A program made the position numbers and the translations under genes. Source: Betaproteobacteria bacterium (GTDB taxonomy: Bacteria; Pseudomonadota; Gammaproteobacteria; Burkholderiales; UBA3065). Taken from it: DNA of 64,000 nucleotides. The notes beneath the pieces are model-generated. The model worked only from the letters and a program-made list of their open reading frames with translations, did not search any database and was not told where the DNA came from. Shown here piece by piece: positions 26,402-37,480 of this stretch. The stretch spans positions 678-64,677 of the forward strand of contig RFMI01000093.1 in assembly GCA_009927815.1 (NCBI GenBank). Direction: 5' to 3'. Each line of letters starts with the position of its first letter. The stretch's first letter is position 1.

Positions 26402-26941
26402 GTGGGCTTCGACCGGGCGGGCTGGTTGCGCGGCGTTCGCCGCGAGCCCTCTCCAAACTGCGACCCGCGCCCCGAGCAGCCGGTCGAACTGTTGGTGCTG
26501 CACAACATTAGCCTTCCGCCTGACGAGTTCGGCAGCGGTGACATCTTCGCGTTGTTTGGCAACCGACTGGACGTGACGCGGCATCCGTTCTACCGAACCA
26601 TCGAAGGGCTGCGGGTTTCGGCGCATTTCGTTATCGAGCGCGACGGCCGCATCACCCAGTGCGTGCCGATTCACCAGCGCGCTTGGCACGCCGGCGTCTC
26701 CAGCTGGCAGGGCCGGGAGCGTTGCAATGATTATTCGGTCGGGGTCGAGCTTGAGGGCACCGATACCGCGCCGTTCACCTCGGACCAGTACATAGCGTTG
26801 ACAGCCTTGGCAATGCAGCTGATGGCCGAGTTGCCACTGGCCGGGGTGGCGGGCCACAGCGATATTGCACCGGGCCGCAAGACCGACCCGGGTCCGCACT
26901 TCGAGTGGCCGCGCTTCTGGCGTTCGATTCGCCTGAACTGA
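26402..26941 (+). CDS. ampD: 1,6-anhydro-N-acetylmuramyl-L-alanine amidase
   Basis: SPNCD, VLHNISLPP, VSAHF, AWHAG, GHSDIAPGRKTDPGP. Confidence 0.96.
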   Translation: MGFDRAGWLRGVRREPSPNCDPRPEQPVELLVLHNISLPPDEFGSGDIFALFGNRLDVTRHPFYRTIEGLRVSAHFVIERDGRITQCVPIHQRAWHAGVSSWQGRERCNDYSVGVELEGTDTAPFTSDQYIALTALAMQLMAELPLAGVAGHSDIAPGRKTDPGPHFEWPRFWRSIRLN

Positions 26942-27044
26942 CCCAGCGTGGGCGGCCGTTTGCTGCAGCGCACACTAGGGATTGGGCGGTCTTCCAGCTG
27001 GCATAAAAATGCAACACGGTTGTCCTTGCGCTGGTGACCGCAAA

Positions 27045-27092
27045 CCCCTAGGATTAGTGTCATGCCCACGAGCCAGACACAAGATGTAGTGT
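27045..27092 (+). promoter_or_regulatory. Tandem NrdR boxes
   Basis: CCCCTAGGATTAGTGT (27045-27060) and ACACAAGATGTAGTGT (27077-27092), 32 bp apart, upstream of nrdA; resemble the consensus acaCwAtATaTwGtgt. Confidence 0.75.
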
Positions 27093-27201
27093 TTGATCAT
27101 CCGGACATCGCGATGCTCGGCAGGCCGCAGAACCACCCAATAAGGTCCTGATTCGTCGGGCCGACTCATTGTCCAAGATCCACCGCAGAGGGGGCTAAGC
27201 C

Positions 27202-30072
27202 ATGCAACTGACCACCACCGAAACCAGTTCAGCCGGCGATCATCGCCAGGCCTCCTTGCTGCCTGCCAGCGATTTGGCCAGCGACGCCCGTTACAACGAT
27301 TACAAGGTGATCCGCCGCAATGGCGCGGTGGTCCCCTTTGAGCCGTCCAAGATCGCGGTCGCTATGACCAAAGCGTTCATCGCCGTCGATGGCGCTCAGG
27401 GCGCAGCGTCGGCGCGGGTGCGCGAGCAAGTCGCCATGCTCACCGAGCAGGTGGTGGCGGCGCTGATGCGGCGCAAGCCAGAGGGTGGTGCCATTCACAT
27501 CGAGGATGTCCAGGATCAGGTCGAGCTGTCGATGATGCGCGCCGGTGCGCATCACGTCGCCCGCGCCTACGTGCTCTATCGCGAGGAGCGCTCACGCGAG
27601 CGCGCCCAGCAAGCAGCCGAATCCGGTGAGACACAACTGACCGGTTTGAGCGTGACCGAGAATGGCGCCAAGCGCCCGCTCGACATGAAGCGCCTCGAGG
27701 CGCTGGTCGTTGCGTCCTGTGAGGGTCTCGGTCCCCAAGTCGACCCGCAAGCAATCCTCAAGTCGGCGGTTCGCGACCTCTACGACGGCATCCCGGCTGA
27801 AGAGGTCGCCAAGTCGCTGGTACTGGCTGCCCGCACCCTGATTGAACACGACCCGGCCTACAGCCAGGTCACGGCCCGTCTGCTGCTGGACCAGATTCGC
27901 CACGAGATTCTCGGTGAGCCGGCCACTCAGGCCGACATGGCGACCCGCTACGCCGAATATTTCCCGGGCTTCATCCAGCGCGGCATCGCCGTCGAGCTGC
28001 TCGACGACAAGATGGGCCATTACGACCTCGCCCGTCTCGGAGCAGCGCTCAAGCCGGAGCGCGACCTGCAGTTCCAATATCTTGGCCTGCAAACCCTGTA
28101 CGACCGCTATTTCCTGCACACCGACGGCAAGCGCATCGAGCTGCCGCAGGCGTTCTTCATGCGGGTCGCGATGGGCCTGGCGCTCGGCGAGATCGACCGC
28201 GAGACCCGCGCCATTGAGTTCTATAACGTGTTGTCGACCTTCGACTTCATGAGCAGCACACCGACCCTGTTCAACAGCGGCACGCAGCGCAGCCAGCTCT
28301 CCAGCTGCTACCTCACCACGGTTGCCGACGACCTCGATGGCATCTACGAGGCGATCAAGGAGAACGCGCTGCTCTCGAAGTTCGCCGGTGGTCTCGGCAA
28401 CGACTGGACCAACGTCCGCGCCCTGGGTAGCCACATCAAGGGCACCAACGGCAAGTCGCAAGGCGTGGTGCCTTTCCTCAAGGTGGTCAACGACACCGCC
28501 GTGGCGGTGAATCAGGGCGGCAAGCGCAAAGGCGCGGTCTGCGCTTACCTCGAGACCTGGCACCTCGATATCGAGGAGTTTCTCGAGCTGCGCAAGAACA
28601 CTGGCGACGACCGCCGTCGTACCCACGACATGAACACCGCCAACTGGGTCCCCGACCTGTTCATGAAGCGGGTGATGGAGGGCGCCGAGTGGACATTGTT
28701 CTCGCCGGCTGACTGCCCCGACCTGCACGATCTGTATGGATCGGCGTTCGAGCAAGCCTACACCGGCTACGAAGCCCGGGCCGCGCGCGGCGAACTGAAG
28801 CTGTTCAAGAAGGTACCGGCGCAGACACTCTGGCGTCGCATGCTGACCATGTTGTTTGAGACTGGCCACCCCTGGATCACCTTCAAGGACCCGTGCAACA
28901 TTCGCAGCCCGCAACAACACGTCGGCGTGGTGCACTCGTCCAACCTGTGCACCGAGATCACGCTCAACACCAATGACAGCGAGATTGCCGTCTGCAACCT
29001 CGGTTCGGTCAATATGGCCAACCACATGGTGCAAGACGCCGAAGGACATTGGAGTCTGGATACGGCCAAGGTCGAGCGTACCGTCAAGGTCGCGATGCGC
29101 ATGCTCGACAACGTGATCGACATCAACTACTACGCCGTCAAAAAAGCGCGCGACAGCAACCTGCGTCACCGCCCGGTGGGCCTGGGCATCATGGGTTTCC
29201 AAGATTGTCTGCACAAGATGCGTGTGCCCTACGCCAGCAATGAGGCCGTTGAGTTTGCCGATCGCAGCATGGAAGCCGTCTGCTACTACGCCTACTGGGC
29301 CTCGACCGACCTCGCCGCCGAGCGCGGTCGCTACTCGAGCTTCACCGGCAGTCTGTGGGACCGCGGCATCCTGCCGCAGGATTCGCTGAAGCTGCTGGCC
29401 GAGGCACGCGGCGGTCATGTCGAGGTCGACGGCTCGTCGACCCTGGACTGGGACGCGCTGCGCAAGCGCATCAAGCAATACGGCATGCGCAATAGCAACT
29501 GCGTCGCCATCGCGCCGACCGCGACCATCTCCAATATCGTCGGTGTGTCGGCCAGCATCGAGCCGAACTACAAGAACCTCTACGTCAAGAGCAACTTGTC
29601 GGGCGAGTTCACGGTGGTGAACGATCAGCTGGTGAGCGACCTCAAAGCGCGTGGCCTGTGGGACGAAGTGATGGTGGCTGACATGAAGTACTTTGACGGC
29701 TCCCTATCGAAGATCGACCGCATTCCGGCCGACCTGCGGGCGCTCTATGCCACCAGCTTTGAGGTGGATTCAAGCTGGCTGGTGGAGGCGGCGTCGCGTC
29801 GTCAGAAGTGGATCGACCAAGCGCAGAGTCTCAACCTGTACGTGGCTCAACCGTCGGGCAAGAAGCTCGACGAGACCTACAAGCTGGCTTGGCTGCGCGG
29901 TCTCAAGACCACCTACTACCTGCGCACCATGGGTGCCACCAGTGCCGAGAAGTCGACCGGCCGCGGCGGCGAACTCAATGCCGTGCCGGTGGCGGGCGGC
30001 GAAGCCGCTGCTGCAGCGGCCGAGGCCAAGTTCTGCTCGATCGACAACCCCGAGTGCGAGGCCTGCCAGTAA
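27202..30072 (+). CDS. nrdA: Ribonucleoside-diphosphate reductase alpha subunit, class I, two N-terminal ATP-cone-like domains
   Basis: TPTLFNSG, LSSC, SNLCTEI, APTATIS, KTTYYLR, C-terminal CEACQ. Confidence 0.97.
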   Translation: MQLTTTETSSAGDHRQASLLPASDLASDARYNDYKVIRRNGAVVPFEPSKIAVAMTKAFIAVDGAQGAASARVREQVAMLTEQVVAALMRRKPEGGAIHIEDVQDQVELSMMRAGAHHVARAYVLYREERSRERAQQAAESGETQLTGLSVTENGAKRPLDMKRLEALVVASCEGLGPQVDPQAILKSAVRDLYDGIPAEEVAKSLVLAARTLIEHDPAYSQVTARLLLDQIRHEILGEPATQADMATRYAEYFPGFIQRGIAVELLDDKMGHYDLARLGAALKPERDLQFQYLGLQTLYDRYFLHTDGKRIELPQAFFMRVAMGLALGEIDRETRAIEFYNVLSTFDFMSSTPTLFNSGTQRSQLSSCYLTTVADDLDGIYEAIKENALLSKFAGGLGNDWTNVRALGSHIKGTNGKSQGVVPFLKVVNDTAVAVNQGGKRKGAVCAYLETWHLDIEEFLELRKNTGDDRRRTHDMNTANWVPDLFMKRVMEGAEWTLFSPADCPDLHDLYGSAFEQAYTGYEARAARGELKLFKKVPAQTLWRRMLTMLFETGHPWITFKDPCNIRSPQQHVGVVHSSNLCTEITLNTNDSEIAVCNLGSVNMANHMVQDAEGHWSLDTAKVERTVKVAMRMLDNVIDINYYAVKKARDSNLRHRPVGLGIMGFQDCLHKMRVPYASNEAVEFADRSMEAVCYYAYWASTDLAAERGRYSSFTGSLWDRGILPQDSLKLLAEARGGHVEVDGSSTLDWDALRKRIKQYGMRNSNCVAIAPTATISNIVGVSASIEPNYKNLYVKSNLSGEFTVVNDQLVSDLKARGLWDEVMVADMKYFDGSLSKIDRIPADLRALYATSFEVDSSWLVEAASRRQKWIDQAQSLNLYVAQPSGKKLDETYKLAWLRGLKTTYYLRTMGATSAEKSTGRGGELNAVPVAGGEAAAAAAEAKFCSIDNPECEACQ

Positions 30073-30106
30073 GGCCGGCCGACTGAAGATTTGAGGAGAG
30101 ACCCTG

Positions 30107-31279
30107 ATGCTGAATTTTGAAGACGACTTCGCCGCACCGCAGCCGCGCCTGCAGCCTCATTTGCCGCAAGCGCCGGTGGGCGACCTGTTCGACGGCGCTA
30201 CGCCGTCCCGTGCCGACCTCAGCACGCTGGCCGATGACGCCGCCGTTGCCGACGAGACGGACCGCCGCATCAATGCCGCTGACAAGCGCGTGATCAATGG
30301 CAGCACCGACGTCAACCAGCTGGTGCCGTTCAAGTACAAGTGGGCGTGGGAGAAGTACCTGGCCGGCTGTGCCAATCACTGGATGCCGCAAGAGGTGCAG
30401 ATGTCACGCGACATCGCCCTGTGGAAGGACCCGAATGGCCTGACCGAGGACGAGCGCCTGATCGTCAAGCGCAACCTGGGTTTCTTTGTGACCGCCGACT
30501 CGCTGGCCGCCAACAACATCGTGCTCGGCACCTACCGCCACATCACCGCGCCGGAGTGCCGCCAGTTTCTGCTGCGTCAGGCTTTCGAAGAGGCGATCCA
30601 CACCCACGCCTATCAGTACATTGTGGAGAGCCTGGGGCTGGACGAGGGCGAGATTTTCAACGCCTATCACGAGGTCGCCAGTATCCGTGACAAGGACGAG
30701 TTCCTCATCCCCTTCATCGAGACGCTGACTGACCCCGAGTTCACCACCGGCACGCTGGAAAACGACCAGAAGCTGTTGAAGAGCCTGATCGTGTTCAGCT
30801 GCATTATGGAAGGCATCTTCTTCTACGTCGGTTTTGTGCAGATCCTTGCGCTGGGCCGCCAGAACAAGATGACCGGCGCTGCCGAGCAGTACCAGTACAT
30901 CCTGCGCGACGAGTCGATGCACTGCAATTTTGGCGTCGACCTGGTTAACACCATCAAGCTCGAGAACCCGCACCTCTGGACGCCGGAATTCCGCGCCGAG
31001 TTGGTGACGTTGTTCAAGAAGGCGGTGGACCTGGAATACGCCTACGCCGAGGCGACCATGCCGCGCGGCGTGCTCGGCCTGAATGCGCCGATGTTCAAGG
31101 AATACCTGCGCTTCATCTGCAACCGTCGTTGCCGTCAGATCGGCCTTGACGAGCTGTTCTCCGGTGCCGAGAACCCGTTCCCGTGGATGAGCGAGATGAT
31201 CGACCTGAAGAAGGAGAAGAACTTCTTCGAGACGCGCGTCACCGAGTATCAGACCGGTGGGGCCTTGAGCTGGGATTGA
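30107..31279 (+). CDS. nrdB: Ribonucleoside-diphosphate reductase beta subunit, class Ia
   Basis: [15 protein letters not shown] (radical Tyr), [24 protein letters not shown]. Confidence 0.97.
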   Translation: MLNFEDDFAAPQPRLQPHLPQAPVGDLFDGATPSRADLSTLADDAAVADETDRRINAADKRVINGSTDVNQLVPFKYKWAWEKYLAGCANHWMPQEVQMSRDIALWKDPNGLTEDERLIVKRNLGFFVTADSLAANNIVLGTYRHITAPECRQFLLRQAFEEAIHTHAYQYIVESLGLDEGEIFNAYHEVASIRDKDEFLIPFIETLTDPEFTTGTLENDQKLLKSLIVFSCIMEGIFFYVGFVQILALGRQNKMTGAAEQYQYILRDESMHCNFGVDLVNTIKLENPHLWTPEFRAELVTLFKKAVDLEYAYAEATMPRGVLGLNAPMFKEYLRFICNRRCRQIGLDELFSGAENPFPWMSEMIDLKKEKNFFETRVTEYQTGGALSWD

Positions 31280-31293
31280 GTACGCTCGATTGC

Positions 31294-31328
31294 AAAAGAA
31301 AAACCCCGTTTCGGCGGGGTTTTTCTTT
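31294..31328. terminator. Bidirectional terminator between convergent nrdB and the adenosyltransferase gene
   Basis: AAAGAAAAACCCCG-TTTCGG-CGGGGTTTTTCTTT. Confidence 0.88.
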
Positions 31329-31348
31329 GGGCGCTCGGCTTTCTGTGT

Positions 31349-31903
31349 TCAGTCTCGCCGGATCGCTGGTTGCCAGCTGACGTCCGCTACGCCGGCCATC
31401 TGATTGAGGCAGCGGCTGAGGATGAACAGCAGGTCGGACAGGCGGTTGAGATACAGCCGGGGGTTGTCGCCCACGATACTGGCGCGGTCCAGCGCCACCA
31501 GCGAACGCTCAGCGCGGCGGCACACGGTGCGGGCGACGTGGGCATGCGCGGCGGCGGATGAGCCGCCCGGTAGCACAAACTCCTTCAGCGGCGGCAGCAG
31601 CGCGTTGTAGGCGGCGATGGCGGCGTCCAGTCGGCCGACATGCTCGGGTTTGAGCAGACTCGACCCGGGGATGGCCAGCTCGCTGCCAAGGTCGAACAGG
31701 TCGTTCTGCACTTGCGCCAAAAGCCGACCGATGTCCTCAGGCACCGGGTGGGTCAGCAAGACCCCCAGCTGGCTGTTGAGCTCGTCGACGTCGCCGAGCG
31801 CGTGGATGCGCGGGTCGGTTTTTGGCACGCGGGTGCCGTCGGCCAGGCCGGTTTCGCCGGCGTCGCCGCTGCGGGTGGTGATGTGGGTCAGGCGGTCGCT
31901 CAT
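31349..31903 (-). CDS. ATP:cob(I)alamin adenosyltransferase, PduO type
   Basis: TRSGDAGETGL, GDVDELNS, RTVCRRAER, YLNRLSDLLF. Confidence 0.93.
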   Translation of the reverse strand: MSDRLTHITTRSGDAGETGLADGTRVPKTDPRIHALGDVDELNSQLGVLLTHPVPEDIGRLLAQVQNDLFDLGSELAIPGSSLLKPEHVGRLDAAIAAYNALLPPLKEFVLPGGSSAAAHAHVARTVCRRAERSLVALDRASIVGDNPRLYLNRLSDLLFILSRCLNQMAGVADVSWQPAIRRD

Positions 31904-31912
31904 CGGGGCTCC

Positions 31913-32338
31913 TCAGACAAGACGCCGCACGGCGTCCAGATAGGCCGGCACGTCAAATGGCGTGCCGTGGCGTTGGGTGGTCCACAGCTGTTCCAGCAGA
32001 CAATCGAGGACAGCGTGGCTCGCGGCATGCGGGTCGCCCAGTTTCTCGGCTGCGGCGGTCCATCCGGCGCGGATCCCCGGCGGCTGGTCGATGGCCAACT
32101 GCTCGGCCAGCGCGAGGTGAAAGCTCAAGTGCATGAAGGGATTGGTTTCGCCGTCTTCGGGATGCCAGGTTCGGGCGGCATAGGTGTCCGGCGCCTCCAA
32201 CACCGGGTGGTACTCGGGGTGCTCGAGGATGATCGGCAGCAGCGTGGTCTCTGCCCCCTGTAGACCGACGCCAGCGCGGTACTTGCGCCAGGTTTCGAAC
32301 ATGAAGCTGCGGACGTCGTCGCGGGAGGGGTTGAACAT
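31913..32338 (-). CDS. Conserved hypothetical protein (DUF1841-like)
   Basis: MFNPSRDDVR, HPEYH, NPFMHLSFHL, DQPPG. Confidence 0.8.
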   Translation of the reverse strand: MFNPSRDDVRSFMFETWRKYRAGVGLQGAETTLLPIILEHPEYHPVLEAPDTYAARTWHPEDGETNPFMHLSFHLALAEQLAIDQPPGIRAGWTAAAEKLGDPHAASHAVLDCLLEQLWTTQRHGTPFDVPAYLDAVRRLV

Positions 32339-32362
32339 GGCAAGGGGCGGGGGAGAGTTGGT

Positions 32363-33058
32363 TCAGACCAGCGGCGTCGGTTTTGGTTTGCGCTGGGCCG
32401 CTTTGACTGCCAGCGACTCGCCGGGCGGCGGCGTCTTGTGACGGTAGTCGCAGAGATCGGCGATCACGCAGTCGTAGCAGCGCGGCTTGCGCGCCTGGCA
32501 GGTGTAGCGCCCATGCAGGATTAGCCAGTGGTGTGCGTCGACCTTGAACTCGGCCGGGATGTTCTTGAGCAACGCCAGCTCCACTGCCAGCGGCGTCTTG
32601 CCCTTGCCCAGCCCTGTGCGGTTGCCGACGCGGAACACGTGCGTGTCGACGGCGATGGTCGGCTCGCCAAAGGCGGTGTTGAGCACCACGTTGGCGGTCT
32701 TGCGGCCGACCCCGGGCAAGGCCTGCAGCGCGTCGCGGTCGCGTGGCACCTCGCCGCCGTGCTGCTCGAGAATCAGCCGGCAGGTCTCGATGACGTTTTT
32801 GGCCTTGCTGCGATAGAGGCCAATGGTCTGGATGTAGGGGATGAGGCCGTCGACGCCGAGCGCGAGAATGGCCTCGGGCGTGCCGGCCACCGGGTAGAGC
32901 TTGCGGGTGGCGGCGTTGACGCTGACATCGGTCGCTTGTGCCGAGAGGATGACGGCGATCAGCAGCTGGAAGACCGAGTCGTATTCGAGCTCGGTGGTGG
33001 GCGCCGGCATGATGGCGGCGAGGCGCTGCAGGGCCTCGCGGCGGGTGCTTGGGTTCAT
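32363..33058 (-). CDS. nth: Endonuclease III
   Basis: LSAQATD, HhH LPGVGRKTA, VDTHV, [4Fe-4S] C-x6-C-x2-C-x5-C. Confidence 0.97.
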   Translation of the reverse strand: MNPSTRREALQRLAAIMPAPTTELEYDSVFQLLIAVILSAQATDVSVNAATRKLYPVAGTPEAILALGVDGLIPYIQTIGLYRSKAKNVIETCRLILEQHGGEVPRDRDALQALPGVGRKTANVVLNTAFGEPTIAVDTHVFRVGNRTGLGKGKTPLAVELALLKNIPAEFKVDAHHWLILHGRYTCQARKPRCYDCVIADLCDYRHKTPPPGESLAVKAAQRKPKPTPLV

Positions 33059-33930
33059 GGCGAGCCTGCCGGCGGCTTGCGCCAGACGCGCAAGCGATGC
33101 CAGGGCAAGAGCCGGTAATGCTGACTGCCACTGGTCTCGAGCACGCGCAGGTCGAGCCGGCTCGCGTTGAGGCGGGCTGACACCGGTGCCGGCACCGGCT
33201 GTCCTGGCTGGTGCAGCCAAACCAGCGTCTGCGCCACGGTGACGTCGGCCAAGGGCAGGGCGCAGCGCAGCGGATGGGCGCCGATCAGGTGGACGCCGGC
33301 TGCCCGCGGCGGCGGCGCGCTGGGTGCGCCGCCGCTCAACCACAGTGCGTTCAGCGGCCGCAGGCCGCGGGCTTCGCGCGCCTCGTTGAGCGGATGCACG
33401 TGCAGCAGCATCTGCGCCTCGGTGAGCCAGCGCCGCCAGTCAGCGCCGCGCGGGCCGTCGGGCAGGTGCGCGTCGAGCGGCCGACCCGCGACCCGCCACA
33501 CCGGCTGAAAGCGCGCTCCGGCCGGTGCTGCGAGATCGAGCAGAGCGAAACCCGCGTCATCGGCCGGCGCATGCAGCGCCCCCAACGCTGGCAGGTGTGC
33601 CAGCACGTCGGTGATCAGCTGCGCAGCGTCGGCAGCGTCCTCGGGCTGCTGCGGCAGGGCCACCAGCCGGTCGCGGGTGATAACCAGCGACAGCGCGTCT
33701 AGCTTGAGCCAGCCGTGTTGCGCCGCGGGCGATCCCCGTGTTGCTGCCAGCAGGGCCGCCTCGGCCTCGGCAGGGATGCCGTGTTGCGCCAGCAGCCAGT
33801 CGTCCAGTGCCAAGAAGTCATCACGCCGATGGTCGGCCCGCGCTAGTCGCGCCGCCAGTCCGGGCACGTCGCGCAACAGTTGCTGCGCGTCGGCGGAGGC
33901 AATCAGGGTGGAGCCGAGGGCGTTCGACAT
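33055..33930 (-). CDS. Hypothetical protein (degenerate phosphoglycerate-mutase-like family)
   Basis: WRRWLTEAQMLLHVHPLNEAREARGLRPLNALWLSG motif; stop overlaps the nth start. Confidence 0.6.
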   Translation of the reverse strand: MSNALGSTLIASADAQQLLRDVPGLAARLARADHRRDDFLALDDWLLAQHGIPAEAEAALLAATRGSPAAQHGWLKLDALSLVITRDRLVALPQQPEDAADAAQLITDVLAHLPALGALHAPADDAGFALLDLAAPAGARFQPVWRVAGRPLDAHLPDGPRGADWRRWLTEAQMLLHVHPLNEAREARGLRPLNALWLSGGAPSAPPPRAAGVHLIGAHPLRCALPLADVTVAQTLVWLHQPGQPVPAPVSARLNASRLDLRVLETSGSQHYRLLPWHRLRVWRKPPAGSP

Positions 33931-33970
33931 GCGTCGGAGTGTAGCCGCTGGCGTGTAGCATGGCGGGCTT

Positions 33971-35217
33971 ATGCGGCTGCCCTTCGAACTCTTTGTCGCC
34001 TACCGCTACACCCGGTCGCGCGGGCGCTCCGGTTTCGTCTCGTTCATCTCAGGCGTGTCGATGCTGGGCATCGCGCTCGGGGTCGCGGCATTGATCATCG
34101 TACTGTCGGTGATGAACGGCTTTCAGAAGGAGGTGCGCGACCGCATGCTCTCGGTGTTGGCGCACGTCGAGCTGGTGGGGCCGGGGAACCGCCTGAGTGG
34201 CTGGCCTGCCGTGCAGCAGACGGCGCAGCGTCACCCGGAGGTGGTCGCGACAGCGCCTTTCGTGGTCGGCCAAGCGCTGCTAAGCCGCGGCGAGCAAGTC
34301 CAGGGCGCCGCGGTGCGCGGCATCGACCCGATTGCCGAAGCCGCAGTCTCGGATATCGGCCGCAGCATGCTTGGGGGCTCACTGGGCAGCTTGAAGGCGG
34401 GCGAGTTCAACGTGGTGCTGGGGCGCGAGTTGGCGCGCAATCTCGATGTGCGACTGGGCGACAAAGTGACCCTGATCATCCCGCAGGGCCAGGTTACTGC
34501 CGCCGGCATGATCCCTCGACTCAAGCAGTTCAACGTTAGCGGCGTATTCGAGATGGGCACGCCGAGTTTGACAGCGGTCTGGCGCTGATTAGCCTGGCGG
34601 ACGCGCAGATCCTCTACCGCTTGGGCGGTGATGTCAGTGGCGTGCGGCTCAAGCTCGCCGACCTGCACCGCGCCACCGAGGTGGCACGCCAACTGGCGCT
34701 GACTCTGCCGCCTGACGTGCTGCCGGTGGACTGGCCGTCGCAGAACCGAAACTGGTTTGCTGCCGTGCAGACCGAGAAACGCATGATGTTCATCATCCTG
34801 ACGCTGATCATCGCGGTGGCGGCGTTCAATCTGGTGAGTTCGCTGGTGATGGCGGTCAACGAGAAGCGCGCTGACATCGCGATCCTGCGAACCCTGGGCG
34901 CGACGCCGTCGAGCATCCGCCAGATCTTTTTGGTGCAGGGCGTGGTGACCGGCTGCATCGGCACTGTGCTGGGTGTGGCGGGTGGCGCGCTGGTGGCGTT
35001 CAATATCGACGTCATCCTGCCGGCGATCGAGCACGCGCTGGGCTTCAAGTTTTTGGCCAGTGGGGTCTATTACATCAGCGAGCTGCCGTCGGATCCGCAG
35101 CTGGCCGACATGGTTTGGGTGGCCGGGGTGTCGATGCTGCTCTCGGTGCTGGCAACGCTCTACCCCAGTTCAAGGGCCGCGGCGACGCAGCCGGCCGAGG
35201 CCTTGCGCTATGAGTGA
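33971..35217 (+). CDS. Lipoprotein-releasing ABC transporter permease LolC/E (apparent 1-nt deletion near 34558)
   Basis: [46 protein letters not shown]; one added C gives [13 protein letters not shown]. Confidence 0.93.
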
Positions 35218-35902
35218 GCAACACGTGTTGTCGGCGCAGGGTCTGGCCAAGCACTTTGGCAGCGGGGCCACGGCTACGCCGGTGCTCGACGCGGTCGACC
35301 TCGAGGTCGATGCCGGCGAACGGGTGGCCGTTGTTGGCGCCTCGGGCGCTGGCAAGAGCACGCTCTTGCATCTGCTCGGTGGTCTGGAGCCTCCCGATGC
35401 GGGTCGGGTGTGCTGGTCGGGTGTTGACGTTGCCAGTCTCGGCGAATCGGCCCGCTGCGAGCGGCGCAATCACCACCTCGGCTTTGTGTACCAGTTCCAC
35501 CACCTGTTGCCGGAATTCACCGCGCAGGAGAACGCCGCCATGCCGCTGCTGCTGCGCCGCATCGACCGCGACGTGGCACTGGCCACGGCGGCTGAAGGGC
35601 TGCGGCGGGTGGGATTGGGGGCGCGACTCGACCATCGCCCGGGCGAGTTGTCGGGTGGCGAGCGGCAGCGGGTTGCCGTGGTGCGGGCGCTGATCGGTGA
35701 GCCAGCCTGTGTGCTGGCCGACGAGCCAACCGGCAATCTGGATCGCCACACCGCCGAGCAGGTGTTCGGTCTGATGCTGGAACTGGCGGAAAGTCACGCC
35801 ACGGCGTTCATCATCGTCACCCACGACGAGCGGCTGGCGGCGCGTGCCGGTCGCATCCTCGAATTGACCGACCGTCATTTGCGATCGTTTGCGAGCGCCT
35901 AG
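35210..35902 (+). CDS. lolD: Lipoprotein-releasing ABC transporter ATP-binding protein
   Basis: GASGAGKS, LolD motif [26 protein letters not shown]. Confidence 0.95.
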   Translation: MSEQHVLSAQGLAKHFGSGATATPVLDAVDLEVDAGERVAVVGASGAGKSTLLHLLGGLEPPDAGRVCWSGVDVASLGESARCERRNHHLGFVYQFHHLLPEFTAQENAAMPLLLRRIDRDVALATAAEGLRRVGLGARLDHRPGELSGGERQRVAVVRALIGEPACVLADEPTGNLDRHTAEQVFGLMLELAESHATAFIIVTHDERLAARAGRILELTDRHLRSFASA

Positions 35903-35912
35903 AATGGACGCC

Positions 35913-36698
35913 ATGGACACGCCCTTCACCATTGCTGGCACGACTTACCACTCTCGTTTGCTGGTCGGCACCGGCAAGTACCGCGATTTTGAGCAGACGC
36001 GGCTGGCAGTCGAGGCCAGCGGCGCGCAGATCGTCACCGTCGCCATCCGCCGCACCAACATCGGTCAAGACCCGAATCAGCCGAGCCTGCTCGATGCGCT
36101 GCCGCCGGACCGTTACACCTTGCTGCCCAACACCGCCGGCTGCTACACCGCCGAGGACGCGCTGCGCACGCTGCGTCTGGCGCGTGAGCTGCTCGACGAC
36201 CATCGACTGGTGAAGCTCGAGGTGCTCGGCGACCCGCAATCGCTGTACCCGAATGTTGTGGAGACGATTGCAGCGGCCAAAGTGCTGGTGGCCGAGGGCT
36301 TCGACGTGATGGTCTACACCTCTGACGACCCCATCGTTGCGCAGCAACTGCAGGACGTCGGCTGTTGCGCAGTCATGCCTTTGGCCAGCCTGATTGGTTC
36401 GGGTATGGGCATCCTCAACCCGTGGAATCTGGAGATCATCCTCTCGCGGCTGACGGTGCCGGTAATCGTCGATGCCGGCGTCGGCACCGCCTCGGATGCG
36501 GCCATCGCGATGGAGCTGGGCTGTGCCGGTGTGCTGATGAACACAGCGATCGCCGCCGCCCGGGACCCGATTCGCATGGCGCACGCCATGAAATTGGGCA
36601 TCGAGGCGGGCCGCGAGGCGTATCTGGCCGGGCGCATGCCGAAGAAGGTGTACACGGCGAGTCCGAGTTCCCCCACCAGCGGACTGATTGGGTCGTGA
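35913..36698 (+). CDS. thiG: Thiazole synthase
   Basis: [35 protein letters not shown]; start could be 35904. Confidence 0.97.
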   Translation: MDTPFTIAGTTYHSRLLVGTGKYRDFEQTRLAVEASGAQIVTVAIRRTNIGQDPNQPSLLDALPPDRYTLLPNTAGCYTAEDALRTLRLARELLDDHRLVKLEVLGDPQSLYPNVVETIAAAKVLVAEGFDVMVYTSDDPIVAQQLQDVGCCAVMPLASLIGSGMGILNPWNLEIILSRLTVPVIVDAGVGTASDAAIAMELGCAGVLMNTAIAAARDPIRMAHAMKLGIEAGREAYLAGRMPKKVYTASPSSPTSGLIGS

Positions 36699-37459
36699 GC
36701 GACGACACGCTGCCGCCCAAGCAGCGTCTGCTTCTGCCCAAACCGTACACGCCGGCGGCCGATGGCCACCGGGCGGTGCGCAGCTTCGTGTTGCGTCAGG
36801 GCCGCGTCTCCAACGCCCAGGCGCGCGCGGTCGAGACCCTGTTGCCGCGCTGGGGGATACCGTTTTCGCCGGAGCCGCTCGATTACGCAGCGGTATTCGG
36901 TCGCGTGGCGCCAGTGGTGCTGGAGATCGGCTTTGGCATGGGCGAGACCACGGCTGCCATCGCCCGCACGATGCCGGAGCGTGATTTCATCGCGATCGAA
37001 GTGCACACACCGGGGGTCGGTAATTTGCTCAAGTTGATCGACACCCACTTCATTCGCAATCTGCGCGTCATTCAGCACGACGCCGTGGAAGTGCTCGACG
37101 CGATGATTCCCGACGCCAGTCTGGCGGGCGTGCACGTGTTCTTCCCCGACCCGTGGCCGAAGAAGCGCCACCACAAGCGGCGTTTGCTGCAGGCTCCGCT
37201 GGTCGCGACACTCGCACGCAAATTGGTAGCTGGCGGCTATTTGCACGCTGCGACGGATGTCGAGGATTACGCGGCGCAGATGTTGGCGGTGTTCTCGGCG
37301 ACGCCGGGTTTAGTCAATACGGCTGCGGGACTGTCATCCGGCGAACATCTCGTGACCGGCTATGCCGAGCGGCCGGCCTACCGGCCGCAGACCAAGTTCG
37401 AGGCGCGCGGGCTCAAGCTCGGGCATGGCGTGTGGGACGTGGTGTTCCGGCGGGACTGA
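36695..37459 (+). CDS. trmB: tRNA (guanine-N7)-methyltransferase
   Basis: [37 protein letters not shown]. Confidence 0.96.
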   Translation: MSDDTLPPKQRLLLPKPYTPAADGHRAVRSFVLRQGRVSNAQARAVETLLPRWGIPFSPEPLDYAAVFGRVAPVVLEIGFGMGETTAAIARTMPERDFIAIEVHTPGVGNLLKLIDTHFIRNLRVIQHDAVEVLDAMIPDASLAGVHVFFPDPWPKKRHHKRRLLQAPLVATLARKLVAGGYLHAATDVEDYAAQMLAVFSATPGLVNTAAGLSSGEHLVTGYAERPAYRPQTKFEARGLKLGHGVWDVVFRRD

Positions 37460-37480
37460 GCCTTACAGCCGTACGGCGAC

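Noticed and set aside
30107..31279. Possible class Ic (Mn/Fe) NrdB
   Set aside because: Retains the Asp first ligand (TAD) and the radical Tyr (HTHAY), so class Ia
31349..31903. Link between the adenosyltransferase and a B12-dependent ribonucleotide reductase
   Set aside because: The neighbouring reductase is class Ia (B12-independent), convergent and separated by a terminator
35913..37459. thiG without thiS, possibly using the SoxYZ-like protein as sulfur carrier
   Set aside because: thiG-trmB adjacency is common, the carrier is periplasmic while ThiG is cytoplasmic, and thiS is probably elsewhere
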